From Escherichia phage IrisVonRoten, in sequence record MZ501075: a stretch of 64,000 nucleotides of DNA; one strand, written 5' to 3'. Positions 38,708-46,253 of this stretch are shown here, piece after piece. Below the pieces are notes generated by a model, which was not told the DNA's origin, did not search any database, and worked only from the letters and a program-made list of their open reading frames with translations. Positions within the stretch are counted from its first letter, which is position 1, and each line of letters opens with the position of its first letter. The position numbers were made by a program, and so were the translations under genes.

Positions 38708-39226
38708 ATGACTGTTGATGAACTAACAGAACACCTCTTATCTAGAGGGTTTGATGCAGATAAATATCATTGCTGGTTAAGCCCGGAAGGATGGCTAACA
38801 GTACCATTGTATGACTTCTCTGGGATGTTGAGAGGCTATCAGACGTATAATCCTTCTGCTCCAAAAGGTCATGGTAAATCTCCTTTTGAAGCTAAGTATT
38901 TTACTTATTCTACTACACAGTGTGTATGGGGGCTGGAAACTCTCAATGGGGATGAAAAAGTAGTATTGGTTGCGGAATCTGTATTTAAGGCTGTAGCATT
39001 ACATAACGCTGGTTATCCAGCCCTGGCAATGTTGGGTTCTTCTCCAGGAAAAGCGTTGTTAAAGCAATTGAAATTACTACCTTTTAAATTGGTAGCTGTT
39101 GGGGATAATGATCCTGCTGGTGAAAAATTTGCTAGACAATTAAATGGATTTGTTTCTCCTGTAGATGTGGATGAGATGTCTACCGAAAACTTGAAAAATT
39201 TTCTTGCTATGAAGCTAAATTTCTAA
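38708..39226 (+). CDS. small TOPRIM-like domain protein
   Basis: VLVAESVFKAV...VAVGDNDPAGEKFA resembles TOPRIM E...DxD; start placed after GAGAGAGGA SD. Confidence 0.5.
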   Translation: MTVDELTEHLLSRGFDADKYHCWLSPEGWLTVPLYDFSGMLRGYQTYNPSAPKGHGKSPFEAKYFTYSTTQCVWGLETLNGDEKVVLVAESVFKAVALHNAGYPALAMLGSSPGKALLKQLKLLPFKLVAVGDNDPAGEKFARQLNGFVSPVDVDEMSTENLKNFLAMKLNF

Positions 39227-39247
39227 TATAATATATCTTATAAATTC

Positions 39248-39336
39248 GGAAGAATAGCATAACGGTATTGCAGCAGATTGCTAATCTGTCGGTTTGAAAT
39301 ATAGCCTTGTGGGTTCGATTCCCACTTCTTCCGCCA
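39248..39336 (+). tRNA. tRNA-Ser (anticodon GCU)
   Basis: Acceptor GGAAGAA/TTCTTCC, anticodon loop TTGCTAA, long variable arm, T-loop TTCGATT, CCA encoded. Confidence 0.75.
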
Positions 39337-39342
39337 AATTCT

Positions 39343-39420
39343 GGTTCTCAAGCTCATATGGTATGAGCACCCGGCTCATAACCGGAAGGTACGTAGGTTC
39401 GAATCCTCGGGGAGCCACCA
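39343..39420 (+). tRNA. tRNA-Met (anticodon CAU; elongator or Ile2-type)
   Basis: Acceptor GGTTCTC/GGGAGCC, D-stem GCTC/GAGC, anticodon loop CTCATAA, weak T-stem. Confidence 0.6.
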
Positions 39421-39441
39421 TCTTGATTAGAGAGGTTACAA

Positions 39442-39630
39442 GTGGAACTATACCTAGTTTGTGTTGTGTTTATTCCAGATAGGGAATACCCGGATGAATA
39501 TAAAAAAGGATATAGGTTAGCTAGGGCTACCTCTGAAGCTCAGGCTATGGATAAAGTGGCAGATTATATGATTACGGTAGAAAACGTACACTATATCGAC
39601 TCCCTTGAAGCCTCAAAAGTAATTGAATAA
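39442..39630 (+). CDS. hypothetical small protein
   Basis: GTG start after AGAGG. Confidence 0.4.
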   Translation: MELYLVCVVFIPDREYPDEYKKGYRLARATSEAQAMDKVADYMITVENVHYIDSLEASKVIE

Positions 39631-39639
39631 GGAAACTAT

Positions 39640-39825
39640 ATGTCTAAGTTTCAAGAACTCAAGCAAGAGCTAGAAGAATGTGCCTGCCCTGAATGTCGGG
39701 GGATTGGAGAAAGTTCTGATGCAGAAGCAGGGGATACTTTTTGCAATATCTGGGTTTGCCCTACATGCAAAGGCACAGGCATTAATCCTACCTGTGGTAT
39801 TTCTCTAGATATTGAACGAGGTTGA
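39640..39825 (+). CDS. small zinc-ribbon protein
   Basis: CxxC...CxxC pairs (CACPECRG, CPTCKG). Confidence 0.5.
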   Translation: MSKFQELKQELEECACPECRGIGESSDAEAGDTFCNIWVCPTCKGTGINPTCGISLDIERG

Positions 39826-39927
39826 TACCCGTGAAACTAAAAGATTATTATATTGGTTGGTTTGTAGGATTAGTAGTAGGGTTTTCTCTAGGCTATAATA
39901 TGTATCAACTAATAAACTGATTACATG

Positions 39928-40004
39928 GGGGGTGTAATCGAATTGGCATAGGTACTGGACTTAAAATTCAGGTTTTGTGGGTTCGAATCCCACCACCCCT
40001 ACCA
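39928..40004 (+). tRNA. tRNA, probable Leu (anticodon UAA) with short variable loop
   Basis: Acceptor GGGGGTG/CACCCCT, anticodon stem CTGGA/TTCAG with loop CTTAAAA, T-arm GTGGG-TTCGAAT-CCCAC; D-arm irregular. Confidence 0.5.
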
Positions 40005-40019
40005 ACTTAAGGAAATAAG

Positions 40020-40187
40020 ATGTATAGACATCCACCTCCGCCAACACGTCGTTCTAGGGAAGTCATCCTCATGGAATTGACGAAAAACTTCAAGGCGACC
40101 CTTGAGGATAGAGACTTAGGCACAGATGAAGACGTTGATTTCATCTGTAAACTATTAAAAATGAAACTGGAGAAACAACATGGCTAA
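40020..40187 (+). CDS. hypothetical small protein (55 aa)
   Basis: ATG after AAGGAAA SD directly after the tRNA. Confidence 0.4.
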   Translation: MYRHPPPPTRRSREVILMELTKNFKATLEDRDLGTDEDVDFICKLLKMKLEKQHG

Positions 40188-40386
40188 TCCTGAAATTACC
40201 ATGCAACGATTCATGGCTAAAGGCATGATAGCCGAGGCAGGCATTGAACAAGAAGTAAAAAGTTATTACGAACAGATTAAGGATATTATAGACTCTGCTA
40301 AAAACACCGGAGAAAAAGAACACGGTGCGGCAATTATGGCTATAACTCTTATTAGTCTAGACTTGGCCGAAGAATCCGGAGTTTAG
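40180..40386 (+). CDS. hypothetical small protein
   Basis: 68-aa ORF. Confidence 0.45.
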   Translation: MANPEITMQRFMAKGMIAEAGIEQEVKSYYEQIKDIIDSAKNTGEKEHGAAIMAITLISLDLAEESGV

Positions 40387-40476
40387 CTCCTCCAAACAGA
40401 ATTTTTAAAAATGTACTTGCCTTTTGCTTTAAATCTCTGATATAATAGTTATATAAATTGATGAAGGAGTTAACTA

Positions 40477-40752
40477 ATGCAAAATCGTGTTGTAGCAACT
40501 GGTATTGAAAGTGCAATCTGTAAATCCTGGGAAGACTGGGAAGGTGAGATTGAGTGGCTCTATCTCTATAACGTAGAACTCCTGCCGGAAGTTAAAGCTA
40601 AATGTGTTGAAGCTGGCATGGCTCCAGATGCAAAAGCTGATATTGATATTTCAATGCCTGAACTTAAAGGTCGTGTAGTTACCGTTAGTAATGAGGGCGA
40701 AGAAGTTTTTGAACTTCCGTTCTCCTTAACTGTCACTCCTAAGTTCGACTAA
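40477..40752 (+). CDS. hypothetical protein
   Basis: ATG after GAAGGAG SD and promoter. Confidence 0.6.
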   Translation: MQNRVVATGIESAICKSWEDWEGEIEWLYLYNVELLPEVKAKCVEAGMAPDAKADIDISMPELKGRVVTVSNEGEEVFELPFSLTVTPKFD

Positions 40753-40880
40753 CTAATACAGCACTGAGCAAGTTCTTCAAAATCTGACTTGCTCAGTGCC
40801 TTAAAACTTGATATAATAGTTATCTAATTTGGAAACATATTTAAAAGTGTTTAAACAAGTATTTGAATGCTTCTAAATAT

Positions 40881-40968
40881 GGGCGTTTATTCCGTAAGTG
40901 GTAGCGGAGGGGATTGTAAATCCCCGGTCATTGCGACTCGAGTGGTTCGACTCCATTAACGCCCACCA
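40881..40968 (+). tRNA. tRNA-Tyr (anticodon GUA)
   Basis: Acceptor GGGCGTT/AACGCCC, anticodon loop TTGTAAA, long variable arm, T-loop TTCGACT. Confidence 0.7.
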
Positions 40969-40976
40969 AATTTAAT

Positions 40977-41051
40977 ACACCTATCGTCTAAAGGCTAGGA
41001 CATCAGGATTTCAATCTGAGAATCGGAGTTCAATTCTCCGTGGGTGTACCA
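40977..41051 (+). tRNA. tRNA-Glu (anticodon UUC)
   Basis: Acceptor ACACCTA/TGGGTGT, D-stem GTCT/GGAC, anticodon loop ATTTCAA, T-loop TTCAATT. Confidence 0.7.
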
Positions 41052-41059
41052 ATTTCTGC

Positions 41060-41136
41060 ATTCCTAGAGTGTTACTGGACAGCATGTCGGTCTCCAAAAC
41101 CGTACGGTCTAGGTTCGAGTCCTAGTAGGTTTGCCA
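41060..41136 (+). tRNA. tRNA-Trp (anticodon CCA)
   Basis: Anticodon loop CTCCAAA, T-arm CTAGG-TTCGAGT-CCTAG; acceptor stem has mismatches. Confidence 0.5.
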
Positions 41137-41142
41137 AAATTT

Positions 41143-41217
41143 GCACCTTTAGCTGAGATGGATTAGCGCTTGCCTGAAGAGCTTGAGAGGTTCGTTCGAT
41201 ACGAACAGGGTGCACCA
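41143..41217 (+). tRNA. tRNA-Phe (anticodon GAA)
   Basis: Acceptor GCACCTT/AGGGTGC, anticodon loop CTGAAGA, T-loop TTCGATA; anticodon stem has two U-U mismatches. Confidence 0.55.
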
Positions 41218-41234
41218 AATTGAAGGAGATGCTG

Positions 41235-41498
41235 ATGCATCCTGAAAACTTCTTTATTTACTGCGCGGATAAGTCGCTGAAACGTAGAATTAACAAAGTC
41301 TATCATTATCGTGCTAGTCAACAGCCTTATGTATACGCTTTTGACGGCGATCACATTCCACTAGAACAATTATCCTGTGATTACATGATATTGAAGAACT
41401 TTGACGAGACAAAGATCTCAAGCGTTTATAATCGACAAAATCCATTAACGTGGAAATATAAGAAGAAAAAGAAAGGCATCAAATCCTTAAAAATGTAG
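41235..41498 (+). CDS. hypothetical protein
   Basis: ATG after AAGGAG SD. Confidence 0.5.
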   Translation: MHPENFFIYCADKSLKRRINKVYHYRASQQPYVYAFDGDHIPLEQLSCDYMILKNFDETKISSVYNRQNPLTWKYKKKKKGIKSLKM

Positions 41499-41527
41499 TT
41501 GCTTAGTTTCCAAAAGTTCTATATAAT
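41499..41527 (+). promoter_or_regulatory. T5-type early promoter
   Basis: TTGCTT, 17-bp spacer, TATAAT. Confidence 0.65.
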
Positions 41528-41575
41528 AATTACATAAATTGAACTGGAGAAGCAACATGACAGAACAAGATAAAC

Positions 41576-41651
41576 CGACCGTTGGCTGAATGGCTTAGGC
41601 GAAGGATTGCAAATCCTTTTTATGTGAGTTCAAATCTCATGCGGTCGTCCA
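41576..41651 (+). tRNA. tRNA-Cys (anticodon GCA)
   Basis: Acceptor CGACCGT/GCGGTCG, anticodon stem AAGGA/TCCTT loop TTGCAAA, T-loop TTCAAAT. Confidence 0.75.
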
Positions 41652-41653
41652 AT

Positions 41654-41795
41654 TTGCTGAAAGAATTGTTAAATCAATTCAGGCACGCGTAGGAACACTG
41701 TCTCCGTAATTGAAAGATGAGGCACGGTTTGGAGAGGTATGCCGCTACACGCTACGGTGCTAACTCCGTCTAGGTGAAAATCCTAGTCAGCAATA
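41654..41795 (+). ncRNA. long tRNA-like structured RNA (~140 nt)
   Basis: 7-bp terminal pairing TTGCTGA/TCAGCAA, internal hairpin CTAGG-TGAAAAT-CCTAG with non-canonical loop. Confidence 0.3.
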
Positions 41796-41803
41796 TAAAT
41801 TTA

Positions 41804-41886
41804 GGGTCGTTAGCCAAGCGGTTTGGCGGCGGATTGTTAATCCGTGTCGAAAGACAACGTAGGTTCGAATCCTACACGGCCCGCCA
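41804..41886 (+). tRNA. tRNA-Asn (anticodon GUU) with 13-nt variable region
   Basis: Acceptor GGGTCGT/ACGGCCC, anticodon stem GCGGA/TCCGT loop TTGTTAA, T-arm GTAGG-TTCGAAT-CCTAC. Confidence 0.6.
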
Positions 41887-41988
41887 AATTCTGTGTAGAG
41901 TTAAGTAAACCGGTAGCCAACCAGCTATCATTGCTGACATCGAATTCAGCCACAGATACCATTTTCATTAATAACTGAGGAAACAAGC

Positions 41989-42174
41989 ATGTCCAAGAAT
42001 GTGATTGCGCAGCTAGAAGTTCATCGTGATAGTACTATCAACAATATTGAAGTTGAGAAGAAATACATCGAAGAACTTAAACATGATATACTAGTAAGTC
42101 TCAATCGTCTTAATGTACGAAAAGAGTTTCTTAAAGAACTTAATGCAGCTATTGAAAAACTCAAAGCTGAGTAA
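41989..42174 (+). CDS. hypothetical coiled-coil small protein
   Basis: 61-aa ORF with SD. Confidence 0.5.
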   Translation: MSKNVIAQLEVHRDSTINNIEVEKKYIEELKHDILVSLNRLNVRKEFLKELNAAIEKLKAE

Positions 42175-42183
42175 ATAAATTAT

Positions 42184-42260
42184 GCGACCGGGGCTGGCTT
42201 GGTAATGGTACTCCCCTGTCACGGGAGGGAATGTGGGTTCAAATCCCATCGGTCGCGCCA
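42184..42260 (+). tRNA. tRNA-Asp (anticodon GUC)
   Basis: Acceptor GCGACCG/CGGTCGC, anticodon stem CTCCC/GGGAG loop CTGTCAC, T-loop TTCAAAT. Confidence 0.75.
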
Positions 42261-42277
42261 AATAAGGTAGGTTAGCT

Positions 42278-42436
42278 ATGGAACGTAGGGAGTTTACTCC
42301 AGAAGAGATAGAGCAGATAAAAGAATCTGCTATGAAAAATGCTAGAATATCTCTGTCACTGGAAGGTATCATTATTAGTGATGTAAACTTTGAAAAAATC
42401 AAAGCCATAGCTGATGAACTGGAAAAAGTAATTTAA
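42278..42436 (+). CDS. FicA/VbhA-like antitoxin homologue (52 aa)
   Basis: ATG after AAGGTAGG SD; NARISLSLEGI matches the S-x-x-x-E-G inhibitory helix motif recalled for VbhA/YhfG antitoxins; below track cutoff. Confidence 0.5.
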   Translation: MERREFTPEEIEQIKESAMKNARISLSLEGIIISDVNFEKIKAIADELEKVI

Positions 42437-42437
42437 T

Positions 42438-42513
42438 ACATCCATAGCTCAATGGTTAGAGCTACCGCCTCTTAAGCGGAGGGTTCTAGGTTCAAGTCCT
42501 AGTGGGTGTACCA
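42438..42513 (+). tRNA. tRNA-Lys (anticodon CUU)
   Basis: Acceptor ACATCCA/TGGGTGT, D-stem GCTC/GAGC, anticodon loop CTCTTAA, T-loop TTCAAGT. Confidence 0.75.
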
Positions 42514-42539
42514 AATTAAACTAGCACGAGAAATATGCT

Positions 42540-42887
42540 ATGATTAATGCTAAAGAAGAGTTGTTACTTGCCCTAAAGAATACTAAGTCTGAAGTTAAGT
42601 GTATTAAGATAGAATTCGGTTATTATGGGGACAAAGAAGTTTGGGTATTACCAGTAGGTTATACAGAAAAAGATATTGAAGATTTTCTAAATAACCTAGA
42701 CTTTAAATATGATTCTGGTTTTGGTGGACAATTGCTTTATGGTAACGTATGGTTTACTGATGGAACTTGGTTAGAACGTGGTGAATATGATGGTTCTGAA
42801 TGGTGGGAGTATAAGACTACGCCAGCAATCCCAGAAGAATGCCGAACAATTAATGGTGAAGTAGATAATACTTTACGGTTAAACTAA
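42540..42887 (+). CDS. hypothetical protein
   Basis: 115-aa ORF. Confidence 0.6.
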   Translation: MINAKEELLLALKNTKSEVKCIKIEFGYYGDKEVWVLPVGYTEKDIEDFLNNLDFKYDSGFGGQLLYGNVWFTDGTWLERGEYDGSEWWEYKTTPAIPEECRTINGEVDNTLRLN

Positions 42888-42894
42888 TAAAATT

Positions 42895-42999
42895 TCAGTG
42901 CAGAACACGGAGCTAGCAATTCGGAAGTGCTGACTCATGATAAGCTGCCTATGTACTTGCTAAGCGGTCGTGTCCAAGACTCGGACTCTTGCACTGAAA
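42895..42999 (+). ncRNA. structured RNA domain closed by 10-bp long-range helix
   Basis: TTTCAGTGCA at 42895 pairs with TGCACTGAAA at 42990; no ORF. Confidence 0.3.
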
Positions 43000-43009
43000 A
43001 CAATCAAAC

Positions 43010-43130
43010 ATTCTAGCGTGGTTGATGGGGAAACCAGCTTGGCGAGGGCAGAAGCTCGTTCGATTCGAGTGAAAGAATGGTTCTCGTAAGTCCGCACAAG
43101 TGATAACAGGTTCGAGTCCTGTCTAGAATG
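43010..43130 (+). ncRNA. long tRNA-like RNA (~121 nt) with duplicated T-arm
   Basis: Perfect 7-bp acceptor ATTCTAG/CTAGAAT; D-arm TGGT/ACCA; two T-arm hairpins (TTCGATT and TTCGAGT loops); no canonical anticodon arm. Confidence 0.35.
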
Positions 43131-43145
43131 ACACTATAAAGTTTA

Positions 43146-43257
43146 CTTATTATGTAGGTTCCGATAGATCGGCGGGTCTATTCTGGCATTTAAGAGAGGT
43201 CTCGCAAACTTCTTTGTCAGCCGTGGGGTTGGTAGCCTCCAGGTGGCCTACACAATA
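43146..43257 (+). ncRNA. structured RNA domain closed by ~12-bp long-range helix
   Basis: CTTATTATGTAGG pairs with CCTACACAATAAG; internal hairpins; no ORF. Confidence 0.3.
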
Positions 43258-43279
43258 AGTAAATTTATTAAAAATTCAT

Positions 43280-43308
43280 TTGCTATTTTGCTTAATTCTC
43301 TGTATAAT
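43280..43308 (+). promoter_or_regulatory. T5-type early promoter
   Basis: TTGCTA, 17-bp spacer, TATAAT. Confidence 0.7.
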
Positions 43309-43340
43309 ATATCTTATAAAGTGAAGAGAAGGAAAGCTAA

Positions 43341-43499
43341 ATGAAGTATAAAATTGCATCAGTATTCATGTGTACTTGGGTTATTCCTATAGTAATAGTA
43401 GGGTTTAACATAGATAACTTTTCTATCATAGAAAAGTTATTAGGACTAAGTACAGGCTTTACAATGCTAGGATTAAGCATGTTGTGGCTGAAGAAATAA
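43341..43499 (+). CDS. small hydrophobic membrane peptide (52 aa)
   Basis: ATG after GAAGAGAAGGAAAG SD; two predicted TM segments. Confidence 0.5.
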   Translation: MKYKIASVFMCTWVIPIVIVGFNIDNFSIIEKLLGLSTGFTMLGLSMLWLKK

Positions 43500-43503
43500 T
43501 TTT

Positions 43504-43580
43504 CTCCGATTAGCTCAATTGGCTAGAGTACACCGTTTGGGGCGGTGGGGTTGAAGGTTCGAGTCCTTCATTGGAGACCA
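43504..43580 (+). tRNA. tRNA-Pro (anticodon UGG)
   Basis: Acceptor CTCCGAT/ATTGGAG, D-stem GCTC/GAGT, anticodon stem CACCG/CGGTG loop TTTGGGG, T-loop TTCGAGT. Confidence 0.8.
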
Positions 43581-43587
43581 AACAATT

Positions 43588-43662
43588 GCGGGTGGGAGGC
43601 ATAGAGTTCTTCTTAGTCTCATAAGCTAAGTAAGTCCAGGGCAGTACTGGAACCCGCTACCA
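43588..43662 (+). ncRNA. possible tRNA-like hairpin RNA
   Basis: GCGGGTG/ACCCGC terminal pairing with ACCA tail, but no canonical T-loop. Confidence 0.2.
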
Positions 43663-43682
43663 TTTTAATAGGGGATTTCGAA

Positions 43683-43847
43683 ATGAAAGTATTTCGATTA
43701 GTAGTAAGTGATCGACGTTCTAGCAAAGATCGTTCGAAGTATACCTTAGCCCATTATGGTAAAGATGAAAATGAAGTAATGGCTGAATTTGGTATTAACC
43801 ATCCTTACTTAAAAGTCTACTCTATTAAGGAAGTTTATGCTTATTAA
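43683..43847 (+). CDS. hypothetical small protein (54 aa)
   Basis: ATG after AGGGGA. Confidence 0.35.
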   Translation: MKVFRLVVSDRRSSKDRSKYTLAHYGKDENEVMAEFGINHPYLKVYSIKEVYAY

Positions 43848-44310
43848 CAGGGTACTTCAAGCCCTGGATCTTCCAAGGCACTTTACTATTACTGACTCCT
43901 TAATACGTAGGTATATGGAGAAGTATAACGAAATATCTGGTAAAGAAGGTAAACTAAAGTCCTCGGAGTTTAAGTTCTGTTATAGAATGGCAGCGTTAAA
44001 CCTGCTGAAGTATAAAAGGGAGCATAAAATCCCTATAACAGAAGGGTTTGTATATGTAATAGGTAATCCAGCATGGCCTGGACTCTATAAGATAGGTATG
44101 ACAGTAGACGTAAATGAAAGACTGTCTAGTTATCAAACATATTCTCCCTATCGTGATTACAAGTTATACCATTTTAGATTCTCCTCGGACAAGAGAAGAA
44201 CTGAAAAAGCATTACATAGTCTTCTGAAAGACTACAAAGTATCAGGAGAATGGTTTGAAGTACCTCTGTTAGACGCTTTCAAACTATTAGTAGAGAATTT
44301 GGATTGCTAG
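43837..44310 (+). CDS. T5orf172-domain (GIY-YIG-like) protein, putative homing endonuclease
   Basis: GFVYVIGN...LYKIGMT motif; 3' end overlaps start of tRNA-Lys. Confidence 0.6.
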   Translation: MLINRVLQALDLPRHFTITDSLIRRYMEKYNEISGKEGKLKSSEFKFCYRMAALNLLKYKREHKIPITEGFVYVIGNPAWPGLYKIGMTVDVNERLSSYQTYSPYRDYKLYHFRFSSDKRRTEKALHSLLKDYKVSGEWFEVPLLDAFKLLVENLDC

Positions 44311-44378
44311 CTCAACTGGATAAGAGTAGCGGACCTTTAATCCGTCAGTTCTGGGTTCGAATCCCAGGCAATCCACCA
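44301..44378 (+). tRNA. tRNA-Lys (anticodon UUU), C33 in anticodon loop
   Basis: Acceptor GGATTGC/GCAATCC, anticodon stem GCGGA/TCCGT loop CCTTTAA, T-arm CTGGG-TTCGAAT-CCCAG. Confidence 0.6.
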
Positions 44379-44385
44379 AATTTTT

Positions 44386-44459
44386 GCTCGGTTAGTTTAA
44401 TGGGAGAACCCCGTCTTTACACGGCGGTTGCGATAGTTCGATTCTATCACCGAGTACCA
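44386..44459 (+). tRNA. tRNA-Val (anticodon UAC)
   Basis: Acceptor GCTCGGT/ACCGAGT, D-stem GTTT/GAAC, anticodon loop TTTACAC, T-loop TTCGATT. Confidence 0.75.
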
Positions 44460-44484
44460 AGTACAAGAAATTTCAAAAACTCAT

Positions 44485-44513
44485 TTGCTTAATGCTTAAT
44501 TTCTTGTTATAAT
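44485..44513 (+). promoter_or_regulatory. T5-type early promoter driving a ~600-nt ORF-free RNA region
   Basis: TTGCTT, 17-bp spacer, TATAAT. Confidence 0.65.
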
Positions 44514-44551
44514 ATTTATATAAATTGATGAGGAGAAATCCTCATCATAGT

Positions 44552-44738
44552 TCACTAAGGTATTAGCTCGACCTAGGACTGGCTGCCAAAAAGCACGATC
44601 CCTACGATTTGGGAGAAGTTCTAGATTAGTCCACTAGATTCAGCGGCAACTGAATAGTGTATCGGGTTTGCGAGATGACGTAGTTCCTTCCGCTCGAAGC
44701 GAAGGTGCTGTAGTTACGCCGAGCTAATAGCCTTAGTA
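44552..44738 (+). ncRNA. structured RNA domain (~190 nt) closed by long-range helix
   Basis: CTAAGGTATTAGCTCG pairs with CGAGCTAATAGCCTTAG; internal hairpins; no ORF. Confidence 0.3.
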
Positions 44739-44751
44739 AACTAAAGAATTT

Positions 44752-44830
44752 GGGGAATGGGTCTGCATGGAGTGGACACCTCGCTTGCACCGAGGACATC
44801 AGAACGGTTCGATTCCGTTATTCTCCACCA
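44752..44830 (+). tRNA. tRNA-Ala (anticodon UGC)
   Basis: Acceptor GGGGAAT/ATTCTCC with G3-U70 pair, anticodon stem CCTCG/CGAGG loop CTTGCAC, T-loop TTCGATT. Confidence 0.75.
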
Positions 44831-44835
44831 AATAC

Positions 44836-44912
44836 GCGTGATTGATGGAATGGGCATACATACCGTCCTTAGAAGTCGGGTTTTGAGGGTTCGAATCCCT
44901 TGTCACGCACCA
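44836..44912 (+). tRNA. tRNA, probable Leu (anticodon UAG) with short variable loop
   Basis: Acceptor GCGTGAT/GTCACGC, anticodon loop CTTAGAA, T-arm GAGGG-TTCGAAT-CCCTT. Confidence 0.5.
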
Positions 44913-44945
44913 AATTTGATGGTCAGAGTAAATTAAACCTACTAT

Positions 44946-44984
44946 CTCGGTTGAGCTGTTTTAATGGGTTCGAATCCCAGCGAG
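44946..44984 (+). ncRNA. tRNA fragment-like mini-helix
   Basis: CTCG...CGAG stem enclosing TGGG-TTCGAAT-CCCA; no full cloverleaf. Confidence 0.2.
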
Positions 44985-45024
44985 GCGTAACTGCCTGGTG
45001 TGATAGAGGCATCATCTTATTATT

Positions 45025-45115
45025 GGAAGAGCAAATCGAATTGGCGACGAAAACCGCTTGGAAAGCGGCTGACTGGTAAAACGGCTTGAGAGTTCAAATC
45101 TCTCCTCTTCCGCCA
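45025..45115 (+). tRNA. tRNA-Ser (anticodon GGA)
   Basis: Acceptor GGAAGAG/CTCTTCC, anticodon loop TTGGAAA, long variable arm, T-loop TTCAAAT. Confidence 0.75.
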
Positions 45116-45134
45116 AACAATTGAGGTAATAATA

Positions 45135-45482
45135 ATGCTAGCAAAAGATAAAGCTCTAGAGTTTTTAGCATCTTTAGATGAAGATAAGATTATAGATGCA
45201 GCTGAAAAAGCTGGAATGCCTGATTTAACATATCTGGAACGTGCTATTATTGCTCGTGATAAACTACAGAAAGAATTTGCTATTGCTCAGGAGGAGTTTT
45301 ATACTCGCTATAACGCTCTTACTAAGCAAATTGAAAATGAGTGTTCTCATACTTGGGGAGTAACAGAAAACCTAGGTAATGATCACGATGGCTGGTCTAA
45401 AGTAAAAATTACCTATTATCATCGTAGGACTTGTAAAATCTGTGGAAAAGTAGAAAACTTCACTAGTACGAGTGACTATTAG
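45135..45482 (+). CDS. hypothetical protein with C-terminal Cys/His cluster
   Basis: 115-aa ORF. Confidence 0.55.
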   Translation: MLAKDKALEFLASLDEDKIIDAAEKAGMPDLTYLERAIIARDKLQKEFAIAQEEFYTRYNALTKQIENECSHTWGVTENLGNDHDGWSKVKITYYHRRTCKICGKVENFTSTSDY

Positions 45483-45495
45483 TATAATAAATACT

Positions 45496-45585
45496 AGAAG
45501 ATAGGACGTAGTGGTACGTAACTGGTCTTGAAAACCAGCCCGCTGTAGTGATACGGTGATGGTTCGACTCCATTATCTTCTGCCA
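45496..45585 (+). tRNA. tRNA-Ser (anticodon UGA)
   Basis: Acceptor AGAAGAT/ATCTTCT, anticodon stem CTGGT/ACCAG loop CTTGAAA, long variable arm, T-loop TTCGACT. Confidence 0.75.
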
Positions 45586-45601
45586 ACTTATAGGGTAATA
45601 T

Positions 45602-45784
45602 ATGTCTTTAACGAAAACTGTGAAGGTTACACTAACTGATGGCACAGAGTTTAGTGCACAAATAACCTTACTAGAAGACGGTTATTGGGAAGTATATCTT
45701 CCACACGTTAATTCTACTGGTAGAGGATGGACTCAACAACAGGCTATTGTTGATGCTTTAAATGAGGCTTCCGCTGGTTTATAA
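45602..45784 (+). CDS. hypothetical small protein
   Basis: 60-aa ORF. Confidence 0.45.
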   Translation: MSLTKTVKVTLTDGTEFSAQITLLEDGYWEVYLPHVNSTGRGWTQQQAIVDALNEASAGL

Positions 45785-45791
45785 AAATTCT

Positions 45792-45921
45792 TGGAATATG
45801 CCGGAATTGGTAGACGGGACTGCCCAATAGGTTTACTAGGAACATCCACTCCTAGAAATATACCTTAAAAGCGGTTGAGTTAAATGGTCTAACTCATGAA
45901 GGTTCAAGTCCTTCTATTCCT
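45792..45921 (+). ncRNA. long tRNA-like RNA (~128 nt)
   Basis: GGAATA/TATTCC terminal pairing, T-arm GAAGG-TTCAAGT-CCTTC, D-arm-like hairpin with GG loop. Confidence 0.3.
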
Positions 45922-46036
45922 TGATACATCAATGGCTCAAAGTGTAACGGTGCTATTTGATGCGCTTGGAAAGACTTTCCCGACATGCGTTCGGGGGTAA
46001 GCTTCTGAGGCTAGAATAGAAGAGTTTCTGAGAGCC

Positions 46037-46156
46037 GCCACAATTGAAAATTCGTACTCGTCTTGAGCTGCGTGCAATAGGAGATAACTTGATTAGTATT
46101 CTAGAACATGCTAATTGAGGATGGTTTCGCTAACCCTGCGAGTTTTCAATTGTGGC
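46037..46156 (+). repeat. 14-bp perfect inverted repeat pair flanking ~90 nt
   Basis: GCCACAATTGAAAA at 46037-46050 and TTTTCAATTGTGGC at 46143-46156; second arm overlaps the 5' end of tRNA-His. Confidence 0.6.
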
Positions 46157-46228
46157 TATATCATAATTGGTTAATGATCCTGATTGTGAATCAGGCCTAT
46201 GTGGATTCGAATTCCACTAGCCACCCCA
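46152..46228 (+). tRNA. tRNA-His (anticodon GUG)
   Basis: Acceptor GTGGCTA/TAGCCAC, D-stem TCAT/ATGA, anticodon stem CCTGA/TCAGG loop TTGTGAA, T-loop TTCGAAT. Confidence 0.8.
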
Positions 46229-46253
46229 AATTAACTTAAATAGGAAATAAAAT

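Noticed and set aside
39294-39482. 62-aa ORF overlapping tRNA-Ser and tRNA-Met
   Set aside because: Lies entirely across two well-folded tRNA genes; spurious.
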